Source of the DNA: a virus | Direction: 5' to 3' (one strand) | DNA: 64,000 nt | IMG/VR virus record: IMGVR_UViG_3300033064_003894 | Location: 1 to 64,000 of that record | Shown here: piece by piece, positions 47,757 to 57,897 of the stretch | How the letters are laid out: the number at the start of each line of letters is the position of its first letter | How positions within the stretch are numbered: position 1 is the first letter of the stretch | Position numbers and translations under genes: made by a program | The notes under the pieces: generated by a model | Database searches by the model: none | What the model was told of the DNA's origin: nothing | Seen by the model: only the letters and a program-made list of their open reading frames with translations

Positions 47757-48367
47757 AGATTGACAAATCTCTTGATAAACTTATAGATCAGTTTTTAGAT
47801 GTAAAAAAGCAGCCTTACAAATCATACGACTACAGCTTAGGAAAAAGCGTAACAAAATATAGAATGGTTGAGACAATGTCCGAAAAGATTTCAAAAGTTA
47901 TGGAGTCACGAAAAGACGATGATATCTATATGATAATGGACATGTTCAGGGAGGGCAGAACAGAAATAGAACGTTCAATACTTCCTGAAAAGATTGCAGC
48001 CGTAATGAGGAGAACAATGAGGTTTGTAAAGGTGTCGTCTATGTATTTTGCATGTGTAGAGCAAGAACTTTTAGATTTAATTGGAGACACATACCAAGGA
48101 CTCTGCTATAAGAGTGTGCCTGAATACGATGCTGTAACTAAGACACACTTTGAGACAATGAGGTTTATAACTAGATCACAAGGAGTGATATCTCTACTAT
48201 TCATGAAGAACTTATACGAGGCCGTTTCAAGTCCATCAGTAACTAGAGATATAGAGTCTTGCTCGTTCGTATTTAAGCCTCTTATAGATTCGTGCAGCAA
48301 GACTATATCAGAAATATCTGAGATAGAATTAATGGTACAGTCAAGAGTTTATAGACTTTACACGTAG
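47723..48367 (+). CDS. hypothetical protein
   Basis: 214-aa ORF. Confidence 0.65.
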   Translation: MDDKEEQRRKIEIDKSLDKLIDQFLDVKKQPYKSYDYSLGKSVTKYRMVETMSEKISKVMESRKDDDIYMIMDMFREGRTEIERSILPEKIAAVMRRTMRFVKVSSMYFACVEQELLDLIGDTYQGLCYKSVPEYDAVTKTHFETMRFITRSQGVISLLFMKNLYEAVSSPSVTRDIESCSFVFKPLIDSCSKTISEISEIELMVQSRVYRLYT

Positions 48368-48384
48368 CAACTTAAACAATAAAA

Positions 48385-48564
48385 ATGGATGAACTATTCG
48401 ACGATGTAAATACGCCATATGATTTAGGCGTAGATAACCATGGAAGGCTGAAAATTGTCGTCGGAGGAGAAGAGCTTCTTCTGTCTGACGAGAACATCAT
48501 TCAGCTTATATCAGTCATATCAGACTTGGGGTTTAATATCACGATTTCTTTACCAGAAGACTAA
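48385..48564 (+). CDS. 59-aa hypothetical protein (MDELFDDVN...)
   Basis: Manually translated; fills the intergenic gap. Confidence 0.5.
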   Translation: MDELFDDVNTPYDLGVDNHGRLKIVVGGEELLLSDENIIQLISVISDLGFNITISLPED

Positions 48565-48599
48565 TATACCCCTTTTTTTTATGTAAATATAATATCTTT

Positions 48600-49067
48600 A
48601 TGGCGGTCTCTGTCTTATCGGAGTATACTAGCAATGAGCTTGTTGGTTTTATAAGACTATTATTGCAAGACTTTAAAGAGGTTAACGTTCTCTTGAGTGG
48701 AGAGGAGCTGTCTGATCTTCTAATAAAGATGAATCTTGCTATTACTGTAGACGAGTTCAATAAGTTCCCACCAAAAGAGACGGCATACGGCACTGACTTT
48801 CACCCAATACCGTCTGTCATAATACGTGGCACAATATTAAATCTTCTTCAGATGTCTGGAATTCTTATGAGCAGAAATGATCTGTCGTATAATGCTGGAG
48901 ATATAAGTCTCAACTTAAATAAATCCAAAGAGTATATAATGTGGTGTAAGATGTTTTACAAAAGATACGACGAAGAGGTTAGGGCGATAAAGCAATATAT
49001 AAATATGGCTAGTGCGTACAGTAGCGTAAGTTCTGGATATAAGATTGACAGGTCACAGACTATATGA
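48600..49067 (+). CDS. probable head-tail adaptor/neck protein
   Basis: Helical; IRLLLQD...N.L, DEFN..PP, RN.LSYNAG..S pattern recalled from large-phage neck proteins. Confidence 0.5.
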   Translation: MAVSVLSEYTSNELVGFIRLLLQDFKEVNVLLSGEELSDLLIKMNLAITVDEFNKFPPKETAYGTDFHPIPSVIIRGTILNLLQMSGILMSRNDLSYNAGDISLNLNKSKEYIMWCKMFYKRYDEEVRAIKQYINMASAYSSVSSGYKIDRSQTI

Positions 49068-49606
49068 CTAAATTAAAAACACTTTCTAAGCGCTTCTGGG
49101 AAATAGATCAATACATGTCAAATGCTTGCCCATTCCTTAAACATGAACTTGATTTACTATCTCCAGGCTGGGACGATTTTGTGTGTGAGCTTTATAAAGA
49201 AAAATCAGTTGTTGACGGGCTAAAAACTAATGATGGGTTTAACGTAAAGATGTCTCCGTATAACTCATGGAAGTATAAAAGCAAACATGCTTCTGTAGAG
49301 TCTAATGTGTTTATGCTGTGCAGCGTTGGCCTTCTCGGTATCAATGAAGACGATTTTTGTAAAAAAAAAGAATGGGTTCTTTATTTGTTAAATGATGACT
49401 TCTTGCTCGCTAAGGGATATTTTGATATATTGAATAGCGGGGCAAGAAAGGCTAGCGGTGTTTTACTTCTAAAATGGATTCACGAATACTTTAAAAATGG
49501 CTTCACCAATCATAAAGTGGTATGTGGAGACGGCTGGGAAGACGTCGTCACTTTTGGCGTCCCCTCAGAACTGGGCAGAGATATCTTCGACTTCTGGGAC
49601 AGCTAG
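49064..49606 (+). CDS. hypothetical protein
   Basis: ATGA coupling. Confidence 0.6.
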   Translation: MTKLKTLSKRFWEIDQYMSNACPFLKHELDLLSPGWDDFVCELYKEKSVVDGLKTNDGFNVKMSPYNSWKYKSKHASVESNVFMLCSVGLLGINEDDFCKKKEWVLYLLNDDFLLAKGYFDILNSGARKASGVLLLKWIHEYFKNGFTNHKVVCGDGWEDVVTFGVPSELGRDIFDFWDS

Positions 49607-50279
49607 CCAGATATACTTTGCGTCTGCAGAGTATACAGAGGGTAAACTCTACCCAATGGAGAAATCACCTAATATTGTGATTGCCCCTGAGGCCCTTTAT
49701 ATAAAGAATAAGCCTGGAACATCAGAAGAGAAGTTTGTAAAAATAAACAATTGGGGTAAAGGTTCACCTGAAGGACTGTATAACTTTTGTATTAAATTTG
49801 AGAGCCCGAAAGACGTATTAGGTTATTACGATCCAGTGTCAATGCTAGGATATCCTAGAATAGAAGCATATGATTCTCAATATTCATTAGATATATACCA
49901 AACTCCAACCAAAGAGCTCTTAGTTGGGACAAAGACGGAATCTTTGCCTCTACTAAGAGCTATCGATTTGACTGAGGAGGCCGCAGGCCTTGTTGATTCT
50001 GGAGGATGGCCTCCAGATAATTGGTGGTTTAATGCTACATATGGATCAGGAGTTGGAAGGATAAAAGCATTAAGCGGAACATCTAGTTATTTGGAGTGCA
50101 GCTCTATTATTAAGCCTGCCGGAGGATACGTGTACCTTCCAGGAAACTCTTCTGCATATGTTGGTCAGTCTTACAGCGAGGCATTCTATTTCTCTGTTTG
50201 TGCCGTAATACCACCAGACAGCTACAGGGGTATGATCGGTCACGATATTATTTTGACATGCAGATCCCACTTCATTTAG
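49497..50279 (+). CDS. probable virion protein
   Basis: 260-aa beta-rich ORF in late block. Confidence 0.55.
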   Translation: MASPIIKWYVETAGKTSSLLASPQNWAEISSTSGTASQIYFASAEYTEGKLYPMEKSPNIVIAPEALYIKNKPGTSEEKFVKINNWGKGSPEGLYNFCIKFESPKDVLGYYDPVSMLGYPRIEAYDSQYSLDIYQTPTKELLVGTKTESLPLLRAIDLTEEAAGLVDSGGWPPDNWWFNATYGSGVGRIKALSGTSSYLECSSIIKPAGGYVYLPGNSSAYVGQSYSEAFYFSVCAVIPPDSYRGMIGHDIILTCRSHFI

Positions 50280-51423
50280 AGCAATTCAGGAAAACATCCT
50301 GAAGATCAGCCAAAGTGAGAATCTCTGAAATTGTAGTTCTTGCTGGATATACTTTGTAGTGATCGTTACCTGCCATTATTGATAGGTTAACAACTCCGCC
50401 AGATCTATTGCTTTGCAGGCCAGTTATAAATCCGTATTTCGCTACTAGCACTGCAGGAACAGTCATTTGGCTAAATATGTCATTTGGCGTGTATGCCTTC
50501 TTATACAGTGAGGTGTCAGAATGAAGCCTAGTTGATTTTGAAATACGTAAGTTTTGATTTACCTTCGACAGATGAGACATGAACCCAAAGGTGTCTATTT
50601 CTGATACAGTTGAAGTTGAATCTCTTATAATATCAGAATAGTCCGTTCCCATACACGGAATAATTGCCTCTGTTATGCTGGAATTGTAAAGAATTTCTTT
50701 TATCATAAGCTCAGCATACTCTTTATGAGTGTATGTATAGAGATAACGATTCATAATGTTTGACGACGGAAGAGACTCTATGCTCTTATTGTTTGAAGTA
50801 ATAGAAGTAAATGGTGACAGAATGTGAATAGCCACTCTTGAAACAAAAGAAGAGTCTTTCTCTGAGGCAAGCTCATTTACCACTTTACTGATAACTCCAT
50901 TCTTTCCTGCCTTCAAGTCTCTAAGGAAGTTTGGAACTCTATCGCTACTATCCTTTCCAGACTTCTTCCACTCTTTACCGTCTTCAGAAATCCTTCTGCA
51001 CACGTTCTCAATAATCTTGCATATGCCTGTTCCGTTTAGGTGTGATGCGTATATTTTTCCTGAAACGTTTAAATAGCATAGCATGTGTCCTGAACCGTCA
51101 TCAATCATTGCTCCTATGGCAGACAGCTCGTTTCTTCTTTGTTCGACTATCCCCATATGTTCGTCTACATCATTTGAGTACAAAGGGTATCCAACTATGG
51201 ATGGACCATCCTCAGTAATTGAAGTCATAATCATCCTCTGAAGCTCATCTGGAAGATTCTTAATGCTTCCGTATATATTCCCTCCTACTGCTATAGTTGA
51301 GTGTGATCTGTGAATTAACGAAATATGAGGCTTTATTCCAGTCTGGTCAGACACTGCCCTAACAAAATCTGTAATTTCTAAATCATCTGACAAATTAATG
51401 ATTTGTTGTTCTTCTCCTATCAT
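50272..51423 (-). CDS. hypothetical protein
   Basis: 383-aa ORF; GGGATAAT 6 nt before ATG. Confidence 0.7.
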   Translation of the reverse strand: MIGEEQQIINLSDDLEITDFVRAVSDQTGIKPHISLIHRSHSTIAVGGNIYGSIKNLPDELQRMIMTSITEDGPSIVGYPLYSNDVDEHMGIVEQRRNELSAIGAMIDDGSGHMLCYLNVSGKIYASHLNGTGICKIIENVCRRISEDGKEWKKSGKDSSDRVPNFLRDLKAGKNGVISKVVNELASEKDSSFVSRVAIHILSPFTSITSNNKSIESLPSSNIMNRYLYTYTHKEYAELMIKEILYNSSITEAIIPCMGTDYSDIIRDSTSTVSEIDTFGFMSHLSKVNQNLRISKSTRLHSDTSLYKKAYTPNDIFSQMTVPAVLVAKYGFITGLQSNRSGGVVNLSIMAGNDHYKVYPARTTISEILTLADLQDVFLNCSK

Positions 51424-51443
51424 ACTATAATTATCCCGTAAAG

Positions 51444-51749
51444 ATGGAAAGTTTTGACAGAATATCGTTCGAAAATGAAAAGGGTCTCATTGTAATCAAA
51501 GATGCCTTCTTTGAAGATCTTGGAATAGCCGTTGATCTGACGGATGAAAGTATAGACATGGTTGGATATAAAAAAGACATTATGTCTGCGATGTCAAATG
51601 AGTATAATATTACATGCGTATATCTAATACACCGCAAAAATGGTATTTGGCACTGCGCAGAATCTAGAGATGACGAGAACCTAAAGTTCAAGATAATAAC
51701 AAATGAAGAGGTTTCTAATATGGAACCAGTCTTTTGGATAAAAAAATGA
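51444..51749 (+). CDS. hypothetical protein
   Basis: ATGA coupling with next gene. Confidence 0.6.
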   Translation: MESFDRISFENEKGLIVIKDAFFEDLGIAVDLTDESIDMVGYKKDIMSAMSNEYNITCVYLIHRKNGIWHCAESRDDENLKFKIITNEEVSNMEPVFWIKK

Positions 51750-52078
51750 GAACAGTAACAGGCACACTTCTATCGGCTTCTGGTTCCCCAATACAGGACA
51801 CAGCAATACTCTTCAGGCCTATGGCTGTATATGCCTACACAACAGCAGGAGAGTATATTAGTACAGCTCCTATCGCTGTATCAACAACTGTAGGAGGAAC
51901 ATTTTCTGTTAATTTGTACGCAACCGAAGATTTTTCTACTACTACAAGCAAGTTCCTGTACTGCTCAATGGGGTATAGAATTGAGATACCAAGCCTTGGG
52001 TTAGTTAGAAATGTTCAAGTTCCTTACGGTGATGGATCTGATATTTCATGGGGCGATTTAACAATGAGCTTAAATTAA
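51746..52078 (+). CDS. prealbumin-like tail-fibre N-terminal-type domain protein
   Basis: VTGTLL..SG.P....I.F.P...GTFSVNL...YRIEI. Confidence 0.6.
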   Translation: MRTVTGTLLSASGSPIQDTAILFRPMAVYAYTTAGEYISTAPIAVSTTVGGTFSVNLYATEDFSTTTSKFLYCSMGYRIEIPSLGLVRNVQVPYGDGSDISWGDLTMSLN

Positions 52079-52080
52079 TA

Positions 52081-54135
52081 ATGTCAAAAAAAGCATTCGA
52101 TGTAAATAATTCTGTAACTAGCAGTGAAACCATTTCGGTGTCTTCTGGAGCATTCCTAGTACAGCAAGAATATACAACTACAGGCTTTACAAGACTGTAT
52201 TTGAATGACAATGCAATAAAGGGCACAGACGTAACTGACATATCTGGATATGCCATAGGAATGTATTCTAATAGCGTTACTCCTGGGTCTAAGTTCCCAT
52301 GGAACGCATCTGATCCTGTAACAGGAAGATGCATAGAATTTAACGGAACCTCTAGTTATATAAGAGTAGACACAGTTGAAGGAATACAGGACTACAAAGA
52401 TTTCACGATAAAAGCTCTTGTATACCCAGATAGTGTCGCGTCTGAGAGTACTCTTTTTTGCTCGTCACGAGACGCCTATTCACCTTATAGATTATATATT
52501 GATAGCGGATATGTAAAGTTTCAATGGAAAGACCTTTCTGGAGTGACAACAACAAAGACTGGACACGCTATTTCTGATAATGAGCTATCCGCTCTATACC
52601 TCTCATTTGGAGAATCAGAAATAGTGTTTAAGAAGTCTGGACAGTCCGATATATCTTTTACTGGGTCTAATCACTATTTAAGACACACTAATGAGCCTAT
52701 ATATGTTGGTGGAGACGGAGACTCAAAAGACAACTATTTTGATGGCTTTCTAGGGAAGGTTCAGTATGAAAAAGTAGCACTAGGATCAACCACTAGCTTT
52801 ACTGTGTCTTCTCTATATGACGTATCTGTTCCGTATATAACTTCAACCGCTAGTATAGATGCAAACTATGTCCCGTATAGAGTTGATATAAGCAAATACA
52901 ATGATTCAAGAAACTGCTCATTGGCTTATCTAATATCAACTAATAGCGGATCAACATGGCTTACAAACACGTCATCATCTTGGGCGTCCACAGACGGGAT
53001 TTCCGACTACTGTGACCTAGGACACATAAATGCCATACTTGACCAGTTAACATGCGGAAGTTCTACTGAGCTTTCACTGCGCGTGTTTCTTAAATCAGAC
53101 GGGACAGATGGAGGAGGCATTCTGTCTTCATCTATTTCTTATATCTATGACAATTCCGTAACTTCATTTGACAATCCAGATGTTACTTTCGGAACCACTG
53201 AAAATATATTTAATTCTGGGTATGTTAGCTCGTCTATTCGGCCAGGAGATGTCCCAATAATATTTATTGGAGACTCCATCTCTGGCCCATTTACTACATA
53301 CTCACCATCTATTTCTTTTTCTGGATATGACGACAGAAATAGCATGATTAGGGATCTTGAGGTGTCATTCGATGGTCAGTTCTGCTCGTCTGATTTGATA
53401 ATATCCACCTCTGCTGACTCAGTAGAAAAATACTTATTCTTGAGTATTGGTGATAACGCAGGAGTCCCATACAGTGACTCTGGCGGATCAACCGTGTCAA
53501 TACGTGGACATTACGTTACAATTTCTTCATATGCAAATACTGGTGTATATGATTCTCCTACATTGTCAGTATTTGATATATCACGTGTTGACCCAATAAG
53601 TATTATTGATTCATATAAAAGCACATCATCAGGCCCAATAGAAGTGTCTCTTCCATCTGGCAGCTATAAGTTTGAATTAATACAGGAGGATGGAGGAGTA
53701 TTCACGATCTCAAAAACAATATCATCTGATGATCAGTTCAGCATAAATTCTCTTCCTCCTAAGAGGTCTTCATCTCAGCCGCTAATAAGCATAAATATTA
53801 TAGATGTAATTGTAGACCAGCTTTCATGCGTTAAAGGCGACACTCCAACGATATCTCTTTATATAGTAGATAAAAAGACAAGAATACCTAAAGACATAAC
53901 AGACTTTAATGTGTTCTTCAGACTAAAAGAGGCGTATGGAGATACCGTAATTGTTGACAGACAATGCTCAAATATACAACCATCGTACGGAAAGTGCTCC
54001 GTACAGCTAACTTCTGATGACACAAATACAAACGGAAAGTTCATTGGTGAGCTTAAATTAATAAAAATAAGCGGATCAGAGGAGGTAATCACTTCACTCC
54101 CTAGATTTATTTTTTACATAAACGACAGCTTCTAA
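52081..54135 (+). CDS. virion protein with LamG domain and C-terminal BppU-like domain
   Basis: IEFNGTSSYI, FTIKALVYP, YFDGFLGKV; KGDTP.I...DITD..V.F...GKC.VQLT..DT...G.F.GE. Confidence 0.7.
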   Translation: MSKKAFDVNNSVTSSETISVSSGAFLVQQEYTTTGFTRLYLNDNAIKGTDVTDISGYAIGMYSNSVTPGSKFPWNASDPVTGRCIEFNGTSSYIRVDTVEGIQDYKDFTIKALVYPDSVASESTLFCSSRDAYSPYRLYIDSGYVKFQWKDLSGVTTTKTGHAISDNELSALYLSFGESEIVFKKSGQSDISFTGSNHYLRHTNEPIYVGGDGDSKDNYFDGFLGKVQYEKVALGSTTSFTVSSLYDVSVPYITSTASIDANYVPYRVDISKYNDSRNCSLAYLISTNSGSTWLTNTSSSWASTDGISDYCDLGHINAILDQLTCGSSTELSLRVFLKSDGTDGGGILSSSISYIYDNSVTSFDNPDVTFGTTENIFNSGYVSSSIRPGDVPIIFIGDSISGPFTTYSPSISFSGYDDRNSMIRDLEVSFDGQFCSSDLIISTSADSVEKYLFLSIGDNAGVPYSDSGGSTVSIRGHYVTISSYANTGVYDSPTLSVFDISRVDPISIIDSYKSTSSGPIEVSLPSGSYKFELIQEDGGVFTISKTISSDDQFSINSLPPKRSSSQPLISINIIDVIVDQLSCVKGDTPTISLYIVDKKTRIPKDITDFNVFFRLKEAYGDTVIVDRQCSNIQPSYGKCSVQLTSDDTNTNGKFIGELKLIKISGSEEVITSLPRFIFYINDSF

Positions 54136-55523
54136 TTGTAATTAACTCTATATCCTGTTAAGACCTCATCGTTTAGCCTTGATGGAGTTGTAAGAAGCCA
54201 CATTATTCTTTCGAAAGGGACTTCTTTCTCAAACCCTTGGTCTGCGTTGTACCCGTCAGTAAACATTACAATTAGGTCTAATCCTCCTATCTCTCCGTTT
54301 TCGTATAATTCATTTATTCTTTTTAGTACTGGGCCGAACATTGTTCCTCCTCTACCAAAAGCTTTTTTAGGCAAATCATATTCGTCTCCAATTTCAGACT
54401 CATACTGAACATCTGTATCGAACATTATAAAATACAGTTCTGCATTATTGGTTTCACAAATTCCTTTAGCTTCAGATATAGCTCTTGTGATCTCTTCATC
54501 TGACATCGATCCGCTTGTGTCTACAGCAAACACAACGTAAGACCTGTTTGAGTACAATGATGGTAGGAAAACCTCTTGCCCTATTGATTTTCTAGATCTC
54601 TTTGACCAAGAGTAGTCTTCTTTGTCGTTTGATGCCATGCTAACCAATTTGGAGAGAGCTTCACGCCAGTCTATCTTTGCCTCATATATTTCGTTAAGTT
54701 CTTGGAAGTGAAGTCCAGGTATTATTCCAGCAGTACGCTCTCTTTCATTAGATAGAGTTGACCTCTCCATCCAATAGTTTTTCCATCTTTCTTGCTCTTC
54801 GTGACTCATTTCGTTAGTAGCAGGAAAGCTTATGTCTCCAGAATCACCGTATCTGTCCATGAAGCTCTTTGATGAAGATGACTCATGAGGACCCTTCCCG
54901 CCCTTCTTTCCATCACCTGATGAACCTTTTTGTTTGTACTTTAATTTGGAAGACTTAATTAATAGATTATACACAACTTCCGTAGTGTACGACCTCATGA
55001 ATTCTTCTTCTTTTACTACAGTGACTATCTCATTAAATTCTTTTAAACCTAGCATGTAAGGGATGCTGTAACCTAATACCTTAGAGAGTATTATATTTAT
55101 AACAATGTCTCCAGAAATATTCCATATCAAAGCATCTCTGTCATCCTTTCTTAGGGCATGAAGGTATACACAATGAAACAGCTCATGAAGCAATAGAAAC
55201 AGTATCCCCTTTGAATAATACACCTCTTTGCTATAAAAAGGACCTTTCACTTTTCCTTTTTCAGACGTATAGCAGTAATCCAGATACTTACCTAAATTAG
55301 TTATATTGAAATATATTGTTCTTTGTCCGTCCGTAAATGCAGGTGCATTTACAAACTCTTCGTGTTTAAATATTTTAACTATTTTGCAACCAAGTACAGC
55401 TGACGCCCAGTATGAATAGTTCTTTGCTAGGTAAACCCGTGCAGCTCCTAAGTATTTATTAAAGTCATCTTCTGATAAGTCTGTATTTATTAATAAAGCC
55501 TCATCTGGAATATTGACGCCCAT
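54132..55523 (-). CDS. DUF2201-type metallopeptidase plus vWA domain protein
   Basis: AFTDG, LLHELFH, WNI..D..IN, DW, YSW.., VDTSGSM (MIDAS), GRGGT.F, FTDG. Confidence 0.9.
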   Translation of the reverse strand: MGVNIPDEALLINTDLSEDDFNKYLGAARVYLAKNYSYWASAVLGCKIVKIFKHEEFVNAPAFTDGQRTIYFNITNLGKYLDYCYTSEKGKVKGPFYSKEVYYSKGILFLLLHELFHCVYLHALRKDDRDALIWNISGDIVINIILSKVLGYSIPYMLGLKEFNEIVTVVKEEEFMRSYTTEVVYNLLIKSSKLKYKQKGSSGDGKKGGKGPHESSSSKSFMDRYGDSGDISFPATNEMSHEEQERWKNYWMERSTLSNERERTAGIIPGLHFQELNEIYEAKIDWREALSKLVSMASNDKEDYSWSKRSRKSIGQEVFLPSLYSNRSYVVFAVDTSGSMSDEEITRAISEAKGICETNNAELYFIMFDTDVQYESEIGDEYDLPKKAFGRGGTMFGPVLKRINELYENGEIGGLDLIVMFTDGYNADQGFEKEVPFERIMWLLTTPSRLNDEVLTGYRVNYN

Positions 55524-56567
55524 TTACAAAACACTCCTCTCCATGTCCTGAGCTATGCCAAACTCTTTGGCGGTTTTAAGGTAATCCACTATTTTTCTAG
55601 TAATTATATGCCTCTTTCCTTTTATATCCCTAGCTGACCTTATAACAAAAGCTATAAGCTCTTTAGGTGCGTCAGCCAGCAACACAACGTTTTCAAATGC
55701 AGAAATGTCTTCTTGTTTTCTTCCTACAACCTCTACTACATTCTGAAGGCAGAAGAAAATTAATGCGGCATCTTTTTGCTTGTTTACTTCTTTAATAAGT
55801 TGAGGGTTTGCCAGTATCTCTTCAGGAGGCGGAACCTTCTTTGTCAGCTTAGTGAAAGCGGAAAACCTTGCCCCATGTTCTTTCCCGACTGATCCATAAA
55901 TTGAGTTCTGCGTGCCCAAATCTTCAATGTCTTCAAATGCATTCAATACGTGACTTACAAAAGTCCACGTTCTTGGAGTAGGGTATGCATAGAAGTCCTT
56001 AACCTCTTTTGATGGGATAGAAATAAGATCTTTAGGATTTGCTGCGATGAAGCTAACAACTTCATTTCTAATGTTTGAAGTAATTGCCCAATCTATCCAC
56101 TCTCGATGATTGCACTCTACTGTATAGTGTATAAATCTGTTCTTTAAAGGAAGAGGTAGCTCGTATCCAAACATACCAGCACCCTTCTGGTTACTTGCCG
56201 CACAAACAATAGTATCTGCAGGCAGACGCAACTCTCCGCACCGCCTGTCTAGAATAAGTTGATATGCTGCAGCGAGTGTTGCATTTGTTGCGTGGTTTAG
56301 TTCATCTAAAAATAGAATTGTTTTTTCTTTAAATGATAAGAATGATGGCGGGCACCATGTAGCATGACCGTTATGAACTACAGGTAGTCCTCTAATTTCT
56401 GTAGGATCTATCTGTGAAAGTCTTATATCTTGTACGTTATATCCCATCTTTTTCCCTGCTTCCCTTACGGCATCTGACTTGCCTATCCCTGGATGCCCCC
56501 AAAATATCATAGACATAGGAAGCTTTTTTGTAATAATGCTTATCATCTCATTTGTAGTTATTGCCAT
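55524..56567 (-). CDS. MoxR-family AAA+ ATPase
   Basis: Walker A GHPGIGKS, DIRLSQ.DPT..RGLP, Walker B LFLDELN, AASN, PLKNRF, PTPRTW. Confidence 0.9.
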   Translation of the reverse strand: MAITTNEMISIITKKLPMSMIFWGHPGIGKSDAVREAGKKMGYNVQDIRLSQIDPTEIRGLPVVHNGHATWCPPSFLSFKEKTILFLDELNHATNATLAAAYQLILDRRCGELRLPADTIVCAASNQKGAGMFGYELPLPLKNRFIHYTVECNHREWIDWAITSNIRNEVVSFIAANPKDLISIPSKEVKDFYAYPTPRTWTFVSHVLNAFEDIEDLGTQNSIYGSVGKEHGARFSAFTKLTKKVPPPEEILANPQLIKEVNKQKDAALIFFCLQNVVEVVGRKQEDISAFENVVLLADAPKELIAFVIRSARDIKGKRHIITRKIVDYLKTAKEFGIAQDMERSVL

Positions 56568-57274
56568 CTTTCGTCCATTTGCTGTATTCCTTTTAGTCCA
56601 ACGTCTACATGACCAGACTGACATTCACCGAGTCCGTTTTTCTTGATTATTCTTGAGAACCCTTTAAATGAACCATCTTCACTAAAAACTGTTTCACATC
56701 TAATAACAACATCTGCCCAAAAAGGGACTCTTTTATAACAGTCAATTATTCTTTCTCCTGTCCTTCCAGAAGCGAACTCATCCTTCATTTGAGCTGTTGC
56801 CACTATAATTGCATTAAGAGATCTTAATATGAACATAACCTCATCTATCATAGATGAAACCTCTGTCCACATTATAGTTGGCTCTATTTGAGAAGGGTTC
56901 TTTCTTGCGTACTCATCTTGAGCAAACTGAACCAATGTAGTAATTGAGTCAATTACAAGAGTTGGCTTTGCATATTGTTCTTTGCACCCCTCATAAGGAA
57001 TTTTAGACTTAACTGAAGTAGTGAGCGAGGCAAACTCTTTAATAACAAGTACTAGTTCTTTCCAATTTCTTGGACTATGGACTAACACGTCTTCATCATT
57101 TATATTCAATACATCATAGACCGTGGAAGCTCTTTGATCAAAGTCTATAATTACTGTTGGGCGTGTAAAATTAAATGCGTTAAATGTTTTTCCTGTTCCT
57201 GGTTCTCCATAATAAAGAATTGCTCCAGGGCAGGCTCTATCTATTTCTGCTAACTTTTTAAGTATCTTTGCCAT
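56558..57274 (-). CDS. AAA_24 / Sak4-like ATPase (RecA-fold annealase)
   Basis: YGEPGTGKT, IDFD, LVIDSIT, ATAQ, ADVVI. Confidence 0.75.
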   Translation of the reverse strand: MAKILKKLAEIDRACPGAILYYGEPGTGKTFNAFNFTRPTVIIDFDQRASTVYDVLNINDEDVLVHSPRNWKELVLVIKEFASLTTSVKSKIPYEGCKEQYAKPTLVIDSITTLVQFAQDEYARKNPSQIEPTIMWTEVSSMIDEVMFILRSLNAIIVATAQMKDEFASGRTGERIIDCYKRVPFWADVVIRCETVFSEDGSFKGFSRIIKKNGLGECQSGHVDVGLKGIQQMDERWQ

Positions 57275-57290
57275 CTGTTAGAATGTAACG

Positions 57291-57860
57291 GTGACTTCCG
57301 TGCTTGACTTCACAGCCAAGAAGATCAAACTAATAAGGCCAACGAAGCCTGGGTTTTTGCTTCTTCAGTATGCTAATGGAGAAAAAGAGATAATAAGCGT
57401 GTTTGACGCTCCAAATCTTTCAAGTGTAATTACTGAATCTCCTGATCTCGTTGGGCACTCATTTTCTTTATGCCCTTATTGTTCTGATTTTTTGAATGAG
57501 AAATACAAGTATATATACTACGCAAAAGTAATTAAGGGTCGCGTATATTCATACAGATCAAAGGAGTTCAAAGAGATAATACTTGAACGTTCTTGTGACT
57601 CATGCAAAATATCTCTATTTGAATGGGAAATAGACTCTCCATTCATTGAGGCAGAACATATAACCTTCCTAGGTGTAAGAACCTTAATTCGTAAGGAAAT
57701 GGTAATCATGTCTCCAAATGTATGCCCAGGAGTAAGGCTTGTGGCAATTGGAAATAAGCAGCACGTTTCTACATGCGAAGAGTTCCCAAGATGTAAAAAT
57801 ACTATGGTTTGCTTGCCCGATTGGCATATTACTATAAATAAGAGTAAAATAACTATATAG
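57291..57860 (+). CDS. hypothetical Cys-rich protein
   Basis: CPYC, CDSC; TAGAAT 6 nt before GTG. Confidence 0.55.
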   Translation: MTSVLDFTAKKIKLIRPTKPGFLLLQYANGEKEIISVFDAPNLSSVITESPDLVGHSFSLCPYCSDFLNEKYKYIYYAKVIKGRVYSYRSKEFKEIILERSCDSCKISLFEWEIDSPFIEAEHITFLGVRTLIRKEMVIMSPNVCPGVRLVAIGNKQHVSTCEEFPRCKNTMVCLPDWHITINKSKITI

Positions 57861-57897
57861 TCGGTAATAAAATAATCATACTGTTTTTTCTGATATC

